From an uncultured Desulfospira sp. (GTDB lineage Bacteria; Desulfobacterota; Desulfobacteria; Desulfobacterales; Desulfobacteraceae): a stretch of DNA of 64,000 bases. A program made the position numbers and the translations under genes. How positions within the stretch are numbered: the stretch's first letter is position 1; the number at the start of each line of letters is the position of its first letter. The notes under the pieces were generated by a model, which worked only from the letters and a program-made list of their open reading frames with translations, searched no databases and was not told the DNA's origin. Shown here piece after piece: positions 1-9,232 of the stretch. The stretch covers positions 6,144,001-6,208,000 of the forward strand of contig OY760175.1 of NCBI GenBank assembly GCA_963663165.1, read 5' to 3'.

Positions 1-105
1 CAGCACATCAATCACATTGAGCAGCATGATGGCAATGACCCCCCCGTAACTTACAAGGCTTACGATAAACGTTATTTTATTTATTATTTTTCCAATGTTT
101 TTCAA
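1..105 (-). CDS. dctQ: TRAP transporter small permease, N-terminal part (runs off the window start)
   Basis: Not in the ORF track. TTG at 103-105 preceded by AGGGG reads MKNIGKIINKITFIVSLVSYGGVIAIMLLNVIDVL, a DctQ-like first TM helix directly downstream of dctM. Confidence 0.7.
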   Translation of the reverse strand, partial: MKNIGKIINKITFIVSLVSYGGVIAIMLLNVIDVL

Positions 106-119
106 AGCTTATCATCCCC

Positions 120-1418
120 TTACATGTGGTTCGGAAGATACATTACAATCTCGGGGAACACATAAATAATCCCCACCCCTGCCAGCAGCGTGATAACAAA
201 GGGAAAGGCGCCTTTGTATATGGTCCCCAAGGGGATATCCTTTGCCACGCCTTGAATAATAAAGCAGTTGAGCCCGACAGGGGGAAGGATGGCCCCCATT
301 TCCATCACCAGGATGATATAAATGCCGAACCAGACAAAATCAATGCCGTAGCTTTGAACGATGGGCAGGAATATGGGGACGGTCAGCAGAATCATGGGCA
401 GTTCATCCATGAGCATCCCTAAGACAATGTAGATCAACGTCATGCAGATAAGGATGACAAAAAAAGATACATCCATGGCCTGAAGGCTGTGGGCCAGCAT
501 CATGGGGATCTTGGTGACGGTCAGAAAATTGCTGAACACGCTGGCCCCGATGATAATCAAAAATGTCATGGAAAAGGTGACCACGGTGTCCTTTAAGGCC
601 CCTGTAAACTCGCCCCATGTCAGGTTGCCTTTTATGGCCATCAGGATCAGTGCTAAAAAAGCGCCCACCGCAGCCGACTGGTTGACCGAGAAAAATCCGG
701 AGAACATGCCGCCAAGTACCGCAGCGAACAGCACCACCACGCCGATCAGCCCTTTGAGGGAGGAAAACCGCTCCTTCCAGGAACATGTTGTCGGGGGCGG
801 TGCGCTGCCCGGTTCCATTTTGATCAACAGGACAATGGTGGCAATACTCAGCACCGCCATCATGATTCCGGGGAGTATGCCGGCAATAAACATCTTGCCG
901 ATGGACTCCTCTGCCATGATACAGTAGATGATCATGGGGGTACTCGGCGGTATGAGAATGCCTAGGGTGCCGCCCATGGCTATGGAGCCCGTGGAAAGCC
1001 TGTCCGTATAATTATATTTGCGCATTTCAGGCAAGGCAATGGTGCTCATGGTGGCGCAGGTGGCCGCACATGAACCGCAAATGGCGCCGAACCCGGCGCT
1101 GGCAGCCACCGTGCCGCAGGCAATATTACCGGGAAGCCATGAGAACCATCGGTTCCCCGCCTTGTACAGGGCACCGGACAACCCGGCCCGGAACGCAAAG
1201 TTGCCCATGAGGATAAACAAGGGAATGACCATGAAGGTATAGGTACTTGCCTGGGTCGCCGGAACCTTCCGCAAAAGGCCGATGGCGGCTGCCGGGTTGA
1301 TCACGACGGCATACCCTACCGCTCCCGTGAGCAATAATGAAAGACCAATGTTCATGCCAAGGAATATCAGGACAAGAAAAACGACAATGCCCAAAACACC
1401 AATGGTTGCAGCAGACAT
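120..1418 (-). CDS. dctM: TRAP transporter large permease
   Basis: 432 aa, highly hydrophobic; IPLFILMG, GGTLGILIPPS and PPVGLN motifs of DctM. Confidence 0.95.
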   Translation of the reverse strand: MSAATIGVLGIVVFLVLIFLGMNIGLSLLLTGAVGYAVVINPAAAIGLLRKVPATQASTYTFMVIPLFILMGNFAFRAGLSGALYKAGNRWFSWLPGNIACGTVAASAGFGAICGSCAATCATMSTIALPEMRKYNYTDRLSTGSIAMGGTLGILIPPSTPMIIYCIMAEESIGKMFIAGILPGIMMAVLSIATIVLLIKMEPGSAPPPTTCSWKERFSSLKGLIGVVVLFAAVLGGMFSGFFSVNQSAAVGAFLALILMAIKGNLTWGEFTGALKDTVVTFSMTFLIIIGASVFSNFLTVTKIPMMLAHSLQAMDVSFFVILICMTLIYIVLGMLMDELPMILLTVPIFLPIVQSYGIDFVWFGIYIILVMEMGAILPPVGLNCFIIQGVAKDIPLGTIYKGAFPFVITLLAGVGIIYVFPEIVMYLPNHM

Positions 1419-1515
1419 AAGAAATACTACAGTCCTTTCAATAACGATCTTACCCTAAAGGGCAGAATCCAGACCGTCTTTAATTATCCAGCCAGGTATC
1501 GGCTTACAATAAAAA

Positions 1516-1660
1516 GTAACTATTCAGCTAATGCTGAAAACTAAGCAAAACAAGGGTTGTTCATCAGTGCTTCATATTTGTTTAGTCAGGCCTTCGTAGC
1601 ATACTGTTGCTATGTGAGAAGGCCTGAATGAGCGAAGATGGGGCACTGCTGAACAGTTAC
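1516..1660. mobile_element. MITE family A, copy 1 (145 bp)
   Basis: Ends GTAACTATTCAGC ... GCTGAACAGTTAC; 8-bp target duplication AATAAAAA at 1508-1515 and 1661-1668; near-identical to 3930-4081 and 63765-63916. Confidence 0.9.
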
Positions 1661-1757
1661 AATAAAAAATGAAAGTCTTTTCAGGATGCTGGTAAGACTT
1701 CCATGATAAAGTGCCCAATGAATTGAATAACAACTGTCAGCGGCGCTGACATCAATA

Positions 1758-1792
1758 TTCCTGCCTGGATGATAAATCAATCCAGGCAGGAA
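1758..1792 (-). terminator. Stem-loop just downstream of dctP (attenuator or mRNA stabiliser)
   Basis: Perfect 13-bp inverted repeat TTCCTGCCTGGAT / ATCCAGGCAGGAA, 15 nt after the dctP stop. Confidence 0.55.
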
Positions 1793-1807
1793 GTCATGTC
1801 AAACCGC

Positions 1808-2932
1808 TTACTGCTGGCTGTATTTTTCAGCCAGGGAAATGGCATCCTTCATATAAGCTTGTGCATCAAAATTTGGCACCTTTACAGTGGCGGGCCATCC
1901 CGCGATGACTTCATCCGCAGCCTTCTGGAATTCTGCCTTGGCTTCGTCGGTTACGGTCACCCACTGAACACCGGCGTCTGCCATGACCTGATGAGAGGCA
2001 GTTGCGGCGTCGGAAAAATTCTTTGCAGCGGCCAGTGACCCCATTTTCTGGGTGGTCTCTTCAAATACTTTCTGATACTCGGGCGGCAGTGAATTCCACT
2101 TGTCCCAATTCATGATCAGGCCAAAGGCACCGTCATACAACGGCATATCCGTGACATACTTGGTCACTTCCTGGAGCTTGAAGTTGGTGATACCGGCAGG
2201 CTCAAATACATACCCGTTGATGTTGTTTTTCTGCAAGGCTTCATACATATGGGGCGGTGCCATTACCACAGGGCTTGCGCCCAAGTTGGTCACCAGGGTG
2301 GTGATGGGGCCGGCAGGTGTCCGCATGGTCAGCCCTTTAAGGTCTTCGGGGGTTTCCACCGGGCCCCTGTTGCTGGCAAACAGCATCCCGGGGTTGCCGT
2401 AAAGATTGAGAACCTTATAGTTTTTCCACTCGGCCCTAAGTTCTTCGTATTTTTCGTACAGATCCCACAGCACTTTGGTGCTGGTGTCGGAATCACCAAA
2501 CCCGACCATGGGCAGGGTAGTGACATCGGTGAGGGGGAACTGGCCGGCATAAAAAGAAGTAAACAGCCAGCCGATGTCCACGCCGCCGGTTTCCACCATC
2601 TCTCCTACGTCGGGAGCGGCGGCAAGGGAACTGGAGCCGTAAATGGTGATGGTCACATGGCCGTCAGTGGCCTCATGGATTTTGTCGGCCCAGGCCTGAT
2701 AGAATTTTCCGTTGTTGGAGGTTACAGGGTCGTGCATGGACAAAGAAAATTCAAACGTGCCCAGGTCTTTTGCCGGTTTGGCTGCTGAATCAGCAGCGGC
2801 TTTGGGTGGCGGGGGTGCCGGGGTATTACTGCCCGAACTGCTCGGCTCATCCGACCCGCAGGCGGTGAGGGCAAAGGTCAGGGCAAACATCATGAACACC
2901 TGAAAAACGGAACGTATTACTTTGAACTTCAT
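1808..2932 (-). CDS. dctP: TRAP transporter substrate-binding lipoprotein
   Basis: True start likely ATG at 2932 (AAGGAGG RBS); lipobox LTAC, Ser/Pro linker, DLKGLTMR and WNSLPPEYQ DctP-like motifs. Confidence 0.9.
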   Translation of the reverse strand: MKFKVIRSVFQVFMMFALTFALTACGSDEPSSSGSNTPAPPPPKAAADSAAKPAKDLGTFEFSLSMHDPVTSNNGKFYQAWADKIHEATDGHVTITIYGSSSLAAAPDVGEMVETGGVDIGWLFTSFYAGQFPLTDVTTLPMVGFGDSDTSTKVLWDLYEKYEELRAEWKNYKVLNLYGNPGMLFASNRGPVETPEDLKGLTMRTPAGPITTLVTNLGASPVVMAPPHMYEALQKNNINGYVFEPAGITNFKLQEVTKYVTDMPLYDGAFGLIMNWDKWNSLPPEYQKVFEETTQKMGSLAAAKNFSDAATASHQVMADAGVQWVTVTDEAKAEFQKAADEVIAGWPATVKVPNFDAQAYMKDAISLAEKYSQQ

Positions 2933-3053
2933 AACATTATCCTCCTTGGTTACCATAATTTTTGGGTCTGGCTCATGGTGAAATCTTTTGTGCCGGCTAT
3001 TGCAGTTATGTACCGCCTCAAAACGGCGGCTTCCCAATCCTGTTAATGGCATC

Positions 3054-3069
3054 AGCAATAAACATGCCA
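3054..3069 (-). promoter_or_regulatory. Sigma-54 (-24/-12) promoter for the dctP-dctM-dctQ operon
   Basis: Minus strand TGGCATGTTTATTGCT, GG-N10-GC spacing. Confidence 0.7.
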
Positions 3070-3620
3070 GTTGACCCCTATGGTTTTGATCTCCCGTCGG
3101 GGACGTTGGTTCAAAGCGTTTGCGCATATGCAACAGGGTCTGCACGGGCCTGGTTTTCTGATGGCGAAAGAAGCAGGTGTCAGCATTTCTTACTGGGTGT
3201 AAAAAAAGCTGTTTTTCGTCTGTCAGGTTCCTGATTGACTAGGGCAAGGGTAAAACAACAAGCCGACGGTTGTGAAACCATTATAGGGGGCCACAATCCG
3301 TTTTTACACAACGGGTTTCACCTGAAAATTCCAGAAGTGGTATGTTGGTTGTTCCCACCGGATTGGTCCGGCGAAGGGTTCCTTTGACAACTTAAAAAAA
3401 AGGTTGCCGGTTATGGTCAAACTGCTGAAGCTTTTGGTTCTCATTCAACCTCCACGGTACATATCGTTTTGCTTAACTGACAAAGTCGATACCATCTGTA
3501 AGGGAAAAAATCCAGCCTGAATGGAAATTATTTTCTGAATATCGGTCACCATATCCTTCCGAGAATTTCATGTGTCTGGTTTGAATCGGTTTAAGAAAAC
3601 CGGTTTCTCCTGGTGGATGA

Positions 3621-3771
3621 TTTTTATAAGAAACTGGAGACAAGAAACAAGAGACAAGAGGGCGAAGCACCTGCGGTGCCCAATTTATAGTCTACCGTTG
3701 CTGGTATCTTCAGTTTCATTATCCGTTGTGGCGATGCTTGGTTGGATAACCCAGGCGGTCCGTGGCCGTTA
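3621..3771. repeat. Modular intergenic repeat family E, copy 1
   Basis: 3621-3731 matches 46211-46321 with 3 mismatches in 111 bp; starts with AAACAAG/AGACAAG heptamers and ends TGGCCGTTA. Confidence 0.85.
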
Positions 3772-3929
3772 TTAGCGATACTGAATCGCTGCAAAAAAGA
3801 TCTTTTCTTTTTAACCGCCAGTTGATATCAATAATCAGCTTCCCCCTCTTTTGTATTTCTTTCCATTGTGAGGGGCAGCCTTTAACAAAAAAATCCTGAT
3901 TCTAATGGTATGGACAATCTATGATGATC

Positions 3930-4081
3930 GTAACTATTCAGCTAATGCTGAAAACTAAGCAAAACCAGGGTCCGTAACTGTTCATCAGTGCTTCATATTT
4001 GTTTAGTCAGGACTTCGTAGCATACTTTTGCTATGTGAGAAGGCCTGAATGAGCGAAGATGGGGCACTGCTGAACAGTTAC
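3930..4081. mobile_element. MITE family A, copy 2 (152 bp)
   Basis: Same termini as copy 1; 8-bp target duplication TGATGATC at 3922-3929 and 4082-4089. Confidence 0.9.
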
Positions 4082-4137
4082 TGATGATCTAAGTTGGACA
4101 GAAAGGTGCCTTTAATGCTCAGAAAATCCTTAATCTT

Positions 4138-5205
4138 TTGTCTGTGATCATTGGATATTCCGGGTTGCTTCTGGCCAATGACCCCAAATTGATCGAAAGG
4201 CCCCAGGCCGCAGAGGAAATTCTCAAGGCCGGAAAACAGGCCAGGGACCTGATCACCCAGATTCTGGCCTTTAGCCGGAAAATGGACCCGGTCCTTACGC
4301 CCGTGGACCTGAATCAGGTGGTTGGGGAAACCAAAAGAATGCTGGCCCGCACCATCCCCAAAATGACGGACATCACCTATTCACTGTCCCCGGAAAAGAC
4401 GATGATCAATGCCGATGCCGGCAATATGACCCAGGTGCTGATGAACCTTTGCGCCAATGCCCAGGACGCCATGCCTGACGGGGGGCGAATAGAAATTAAA
4501 ACCGCCGGGGTGACCCTGGATGAGAACTTTTCAGCCCGCCATACCGGCATTGAGCCGGGGGACTTTGTTCTTTTAAGCGTTACCGATACCGGCACCGGTA
4601 TGGACCAGGACACCATGGAGCATATCTTTGATCCGTTCTTTACCAGCAAAGAAATCGGTAAGGGAACCGGACTGGGGCTGTCCACCGTATACGGCATTGT
4701 CAAAAGCCACGGCGGTCATATCATTTGTGACAGTGAACCGGGAAAGGGGACCACTTTCAGGATTTACCTGCCGGCCATGGCCGCCGTGACTCCCGCTGAA
4801 GACCAGTTTGAAATGCCCATGCTTGAAGACGCACAGGGAAACGGTGAAGTCATACTGATTGTGGATGATGAACGGTTGATCCGGGACATCGGTGAGAAAA
4901 TACTGACCTTCAAGGGATATCGGGTGATAGAGGCTGTCAGCGGGGAAGATGCCTTGCAGATTTACCGTGAACGCGGCAAAGAGATTGATCTGGTCATCCT
5001 GGATATCAGTATGCCGGGCATGGGCGGGGAAAAGTGCCTTGATGAACTGTTTGTGCTGGATCCCATGATCAAGGTGATTCTGGCCAGCGGATATTTCAGT
5101 GACGGGATGAGCCGTACCGCCACCGATAAAATTCTGGCATACCTGCAAAAACCGTTTACCATCAATACCATGGTGAGAACCATCCGGGAGGTGCTGGATC
5201 GGTAA
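4138..5205 (+). pseudogene. 5'-truncated hybrid histidine kinase (partial HisKA, HATPase and receiver)
   Basis: NLCANAQDAMP, DTGTGM and GKGTGLGL boxes plus a receiver are present. Homology begins at NLLSVIIGYS, just after the missing AHDFN H-box; in-frame stop at 4090-4092 and no sensor domain. Confidence 0.75.
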
Positions 5206-5206
5206 A

Positions 5207-5242
5207 ACTGGAGACCGGAAAAAGGGAGACCGGAGACCGGAT
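5207..5242. repeat. GGAGACC-type heptamer array
   Basis: GGAGACCGGAAAAGGGAGACCGGAGACCGGATG-like run; relatives at 10134-10167 (reverse), 16816-16850, 18053-18088, 31773-31808, 46577-46660. Confidence 0.7.
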
Positions 5243-5330
5243 GTCAAACCCGGGGGAATTCCCCCATCATCAATCCAAATGAATCCGAACTGCACCTTGC
5301 TATAAATAATAATTCGAGAAAAAATAATCC

Positions 5331-5383
5331 GGCTGGAGCGGGCCATGCCCGCGATTCAATCGCGGGCATGGCCCGCTCCAACC
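5331..5383. repeat. REP-like inverted doublet, copy 1
   Basis: TGGAGCGGGCCATGCCCGCGATT-C-AATCGCGGGCATGGCCCGCTCCA; near-identical copy at 56419-56471. Confidence 0.85.
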
Positions 5384-5456
5384 GAATAATCCAAGAGAAT
5401 CGCTACATCCGGCCTCCCCATCTCCATTTTCAATCCGCCCCCCAAACAAACAACTG

Positions 5457-5472
5457 TGGCCCAAAATTTGCT
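5457..5472 (+). promoter_or_regulatory. Candidate sigma-54 promoter
   Basis: TGGCCCAAAATTTGCT, GG-N10-GC, about 80 bp upstream of the ATG at 5554. Confidence 0.55.
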
Positions 5473-5553
5473 ACCTTTAAATTTGTATTCACCAACGCCT
5501 GTTGTGAGTGGCATAAAATGATACAGTTTACGTCTTAAAAGGAGAATCATATC

Positions 5554-6945
5554 ATGTATTTTAATCAGATCGCGGTCAAGGGCCTCGGATGTCTGTCTTA
5601 CTGCATCGGTTGTCCGGCCGCAAAGCAAATGATGGTGGTTGACCCCAAACGGGACATCCAGGATTACCTGGATATTGCCCATCAGGAAGGCATGCGCATC
5701 ACCCATATTGTGAATACCCATCTTCATGCGGATCATATATCCGGGGACCAGGAACTCAGTGCCGCTACCGGTGCGGATATCTACATCAACGACAGTGTGG
5801 ACATCCATTATCCCCATAAAAATATCGGCCAGGGGGACGTGTTTACACTGGGCGCAGCCAAAATTGAAGCGCTGCACACCCCGGGCCACACGCCCAATTC
5901 AATTTCACTGGTGGTAACGGATACGGGACGTTCCGGCAATCCTGAAATGATTCTGACCGGGGACCTGCTGTTTGTGGGCGATGTGGGGCGGCCGGACCTT
6001 CCCGGTGCCGAGATCCTTGATGAGCAGATCGAAAACCTTTACAACAGCCTGTACAAAACCCTTGCGGTCTATCCCGATTACCTTGAGGTCTATCCGGCCC
6101 ATGGAGAGGGGTCATTGTGCGGCCGGGGCATGAGCGCTAAAAAAAGCTCCACACTCGGGTATGAACGAAAGGCCAACCATATGCTTCAGTTCGATTCCTT
6201 TGAGGCATTTAAAGATGACATTACATCGGCATTCCCGGCCCGGCCAAAGAGCTTTTCCTACATTATTGCCACCAACCGGAAAGGTGCTGATCTGCTGGAT
6301 GCCTGCACCCTGGACAAACGGTTGACGCCCAAGCTGTTTGAAGAGCTGATGAAAGATGAAAACACCCTGGTGATGGACACCCGGGACAGTGCGGCATACG
6401 GTGGATTCCACATTCCCGGCAGCATCAATATCGGCTTTGAAAAGCAACTGGCCAACTGGGTGGGAATGGTGATTGATCCGGGCAGGGAACTGCTGCTGGT
6501 GGTGGACAACCGGCAGGCCTATGACCGGATGCTCACAGAGCTGCACCGTATCGGATATGACGCTGTCTTGGGATATCTTTCCGGCGGTATCAATGCCTGG
6601 CTGATGAGCGGCCGGCCAGTGGATCAGCTGGCTCAGATTTCCCCGTTGCAGCTTTATGGAAAAATAGGTCAAGATCCCTCCGCAGCGCCCCTTATCCTTG
6701 ACGTCCGCACCCTGGCAGAGTGGCATTCAGGCCATATTTCCCAGGCGGTCCACTGTCCCCTGAGCGACATCCTTGACCAGAACATGCCAAAGGTCGATAA
6801 AGACCGGGAAATTATTTTGCAGTGCGGCAGTGGATACCGCTCCAATATTGCCGCCGGTTTCTTTAAAGAAAATGGGTTTGACAACGTAAAATCCCTGGCA
6901 GGGGGGATATTTGCCTGGTCCAACGCAGATCTGCCCCTGGTGTAA
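5554..6945 (+). CDS. MBL-fold hydrolase (persulfide dioxygenase / glyoxalase II-like) fused to two rhodanese domains, CstB-like
   Basis: THLHADH, HTPGHT, TGDLLFVGDVGRPDL and PAHGEGSLCG motifs; C-terminal rhodanese with CGSGYRS. Confidence 0.9.
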   Translation: MYFNQIAVKGLGCLSYCIGCPAAKQMMVVDPKRDIQDYLDIAHQEGMRITHIVNTHLHADHISGDQELSAATGADIYINDSVDIHYPHKNIGQGDVFTLGAAKIEALHTPGHTPNSISLVVTDTGRSGNPEMILTGDLLFVGDVGRPDLPGAEILDEQIENLYNSLYKTLAVYPDYLEVYPAHGEGSLCGRGMSAKKSSTLGYERKANHMLQFDSFEAFKDDITSAFPARPKSFSYIIATNRKGADLLDACTLDKRLTPKLFEELMKDENTLVMDTRDSAAYGGFHIPGSINIGFEKQLANWVGMVIDPGRELLLVVDNRQAYDRMLTELHRIGYDAVLGYLSGGINAWLMSGRPVDQLAQISPLQLYGKIGQDPSAAPLILDVRTLAEWHSGHISQAVHCPLSDILDQNMPKVDKDREIILQCGSGYRSNIAAGFFKENGFDNVKSLAGGIFAWSNADLPLV

Positions 6946-7104
6946 CGGCCTGTAATTGGAAAATGGCCGGATTTTTGCCCGAAACAGATGGACAGTCTTG
7001 TCTCACAGGTACAGTGTTGCTTTTTTTGAGACAGGCAGCCGTAACCCGGCCAAGGGTTTGGCCCCGTTTTTTATGCAAACAACCCAAGCACAAAGGAGAG
7101 AACC

Positions 7105-7671
7105 ATGAATGATAAATTAAAAATTTTGGTCATTGTCGGCACCGTCCGTGAAGGACGGGTGGGCCGCAAGATTGCCGACTGGTATCTTAAACAGGCCAAA
7201 GAAGCTGCCCCTGAAACCGAGTTTGAAATTTTAGATCCCCGTGAACTGAACCTGCCGTTGTTTAATGAACCTGAGCCGCCCCTGTCCGGCAACTATTCAC
7301 CGATTCAAAAAACCGTGGCTGAAAAAATCGCATCTGCGGACGCTTACGTGTTTGTCACCGGCGAATATAACCATTCCATTCCCGGCAGTCTTAAAAATCT
7401 GCTGGACTATGTGGCTGCCGAGTGGGGCCGCAAAGCGGCCGCTTTCGTGGGATACAGCGGTACCGGTGCCATTCGGTCCATTGAACATCTCATTCAGATC
7501 TGCAATGCCTTTGGGGTGGCAACGACCCGGGGCCATATTACCATCAATGCCGTGTGGGAGGCCCTTGATGAAACAGGCACCCCTAAAGACGGATACCTTT
7601 TCGGCAATGTTAAAGATCAGTTAACGGATCTGATGTGGTGGGCCGGCGCGCTTAAGGCCGCCCGGGATTAG
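7105..7671 (+). CDS. NAD(P)H-dependent FMN reductase (SsuE / azoreductase family)
   Basis: GTVREGR phosphate loop and EYNHSIPGSLKNLLD signature. Confidence 0.9.
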   Translation: MNDKLKILVIVGTVREGRVGRKIADWYLKQAKEAAPETEFEILDPRELNLPLFNEPEPPLSGNYSPIQKTVAEKIASADAYVFVTGEYNHSIPGSLKNLLDYVAAEWGRKAAAFVGYSGTGAIRSIEHLIQICNAFGVATTRGHITINAVWEALDETGTPKDGYLFGNVKDQLTDLMWWAGALKAARD

Positions 7672-9116
7672 GTTTTTTTCTGCCCTTTATACGCCTGTTT
7701 CACCAGGTCGCCAAGGCAGGCAATCCCCTGTTCCATTTTAGGGCCCCACTTGATCCCGCAGTTGAGCCTCAGGCAGTTTTTGTACCGGTTCGATGACGAG
7801 CAGATCAGGCCCGGCAGGATGGATATGTTTTTTTCATGGGCCTTATGGAAAATGTCCATGGTGTTGATGTCGGGGTCAAGAACCACCCAAAGGAACATGC
7901 CGCCTTTGGGAAAGGTCATCCGGATGTCCCTTGGAAAGTGGTTGTGAAGGGCCATGGAAAGGGCAGATGCCTGGTTTTTCAGATGGTTGCGCAATGTTCG
8001 CAGGTGCCGGTCATAGGCCCCGGTGGTGATGAACCGGGCCGTTACTTCCTGGTTGATGCCGGCATTTGAAACCGTGGTGGCGGTCTTGGAGCGGATCACC
8101 CGCTCCCTGAACTTTCCCGGAATAACCCATCCGGTTCGAAGGCCCGGGGCCAGGGTCTTGGAAACCGACGAACAGTAAAGAACCATGCCCTTGGGGTCCA
8201 TGCTTTTATAAGTGGACGGCCGGGGACCGGTAAAGTATAAATCCCCGTAGATATCATCTTCGATAATGGGGATATCCTGTTTTAGGGCCATCTCCAGGAT
8301 AGCCCGCTTATTTTCCCGTGACATCCGGTATCCCAGGGGGTTGTGAAAGTTGGAGTTCAACAGGCAGGCCGCCACTTGACCCGAGTCAACCGACTTTTTA
8401 AAATCCTGGGGAAAAATTCCTTTTTCCGGGCATGCCGGAATCTCTATCACCCGCATGTTCAGGTCTTCGATCAGCTGGAGAAAACAGTGAAAAACCGGGG
8501 ATTCCACCAAGATGGCGTCCCCGGGACCGGCCACCGCCCGAAGGCAGAGGCTGACCGCCTCTAAGCAGCCGTTGGTGGTGATGATATCGTCATGGGTGAT
8601 GCTGCCGGCCTGTCCGGCCATGCGTCCGGCAATGGCCCGGCGCAGGCTCTGGTTTCCGGCACAGGTTTCATAGTTGGACATAAAATCCCCCAGTGTGGCT
8701 GACGGGATGGACTTCATGATCCGGGTGAGCTGCTTTAGGGGCATGAGTTCCTTTGAATAGACGGCCGCGCCAAGCTGAAGGATATCCTCACGCTCAAGTT
8801 CCGAAATAATGGTCTGGGCCAGGGAGTTGATGTTCACCGAACTGGGGCCGGAACGGGTTTTGGCATGTTGGGGAAGGGCCCGGGGTGCGGCACTCAAGGG
8901 CCGGACATAAAACCCAGATTTTTCCCTGGCCTCCACCTGCCCCCGCTTTTCAAGTTCAATATAGGCCTGGTGGACCGTGGTAATGCTCAGGCCGAGCCGG
9001 GTGTGGAGTTTGCGCAGGGACGGCAGCCGGTCTCCGGGCCTGAACATACCGCCGGCAATGTTTTCCTGGATCTGGTCGGCCAGGGTAACGTACCTGAAAT
9101 TGGGGGACGTACTCAT
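7668..9116 (-). CDS. MocR/GabR-family regulator (GntR wHTH plus PLP aminotransferase-like domain)
   Basis: RPGDRLPSLR...TTVHQAY helix-turn-helix; NFHNPLG, IIEDDIY and SKTLAPGLRTGW motifs. Confidence 0.95.
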   Translation of the reverse strand: MSTSPNFRYVTLADQIQENIAGGMFRPGDRLPSLRKLHTRLGLSITTVHQAYIELEKRGQVEAREKSGFYVRPLSAAPRALPQHAKTRSGPSSVNINSLAQTIISELEREDILQLGAAVYSKELMPLKQLTRIMKSIPSATLGDFMSNYETCAGNQSLRRAIAGRMAGQAGSITHDDIITTNGCLEAVSLCLRAVAGPGDAILVESPVFHCFLQLIEDLNMRVIEIPACPEKGIFPQDFKKSVDSGQVAACLLNSNFHNPLGYRMSRENKRAILEMALKQDIPIIEDDIYGDLYFTGPRPSTYKSMDPKGMVLYCSSVSKTLAPGLRTGWVIPGKFRERVIRSKTATTVSNAGINQEVTARFITTGAYDRHLRTLRNHLKNQASALSMALHNHFPRDIRMTFPKGGMFLWVVLDPDINTMDIFHKAHEKNISILPGLICSSSNRYKNCLRLNCGIKWGPKMEQGIACLGDLVKQAYKGQKKT

Positions 9117-9232
9117 GTTTTGTTATGGTTGGGTGTCTTTTTATCTGCAACTGTTTTTGTTGTTGATTTAGACCATCCTTTCCTGTAAATCAAGATGTTT
9201 TACACCAACCAGGCAATAAAAAGAAATTAAAG

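Noticed and set aside
2933..3145. Long N-terminal extension of DctP and a possible cobalamin riboswitch in this leader
   Set aside because: A strong RBS at ATG 2932 and a sigma-54 promoter inside the extension argue against coding. Only GGGAAG and AGCCAG fragments match the riboswitch; the B12-box core is not evident.
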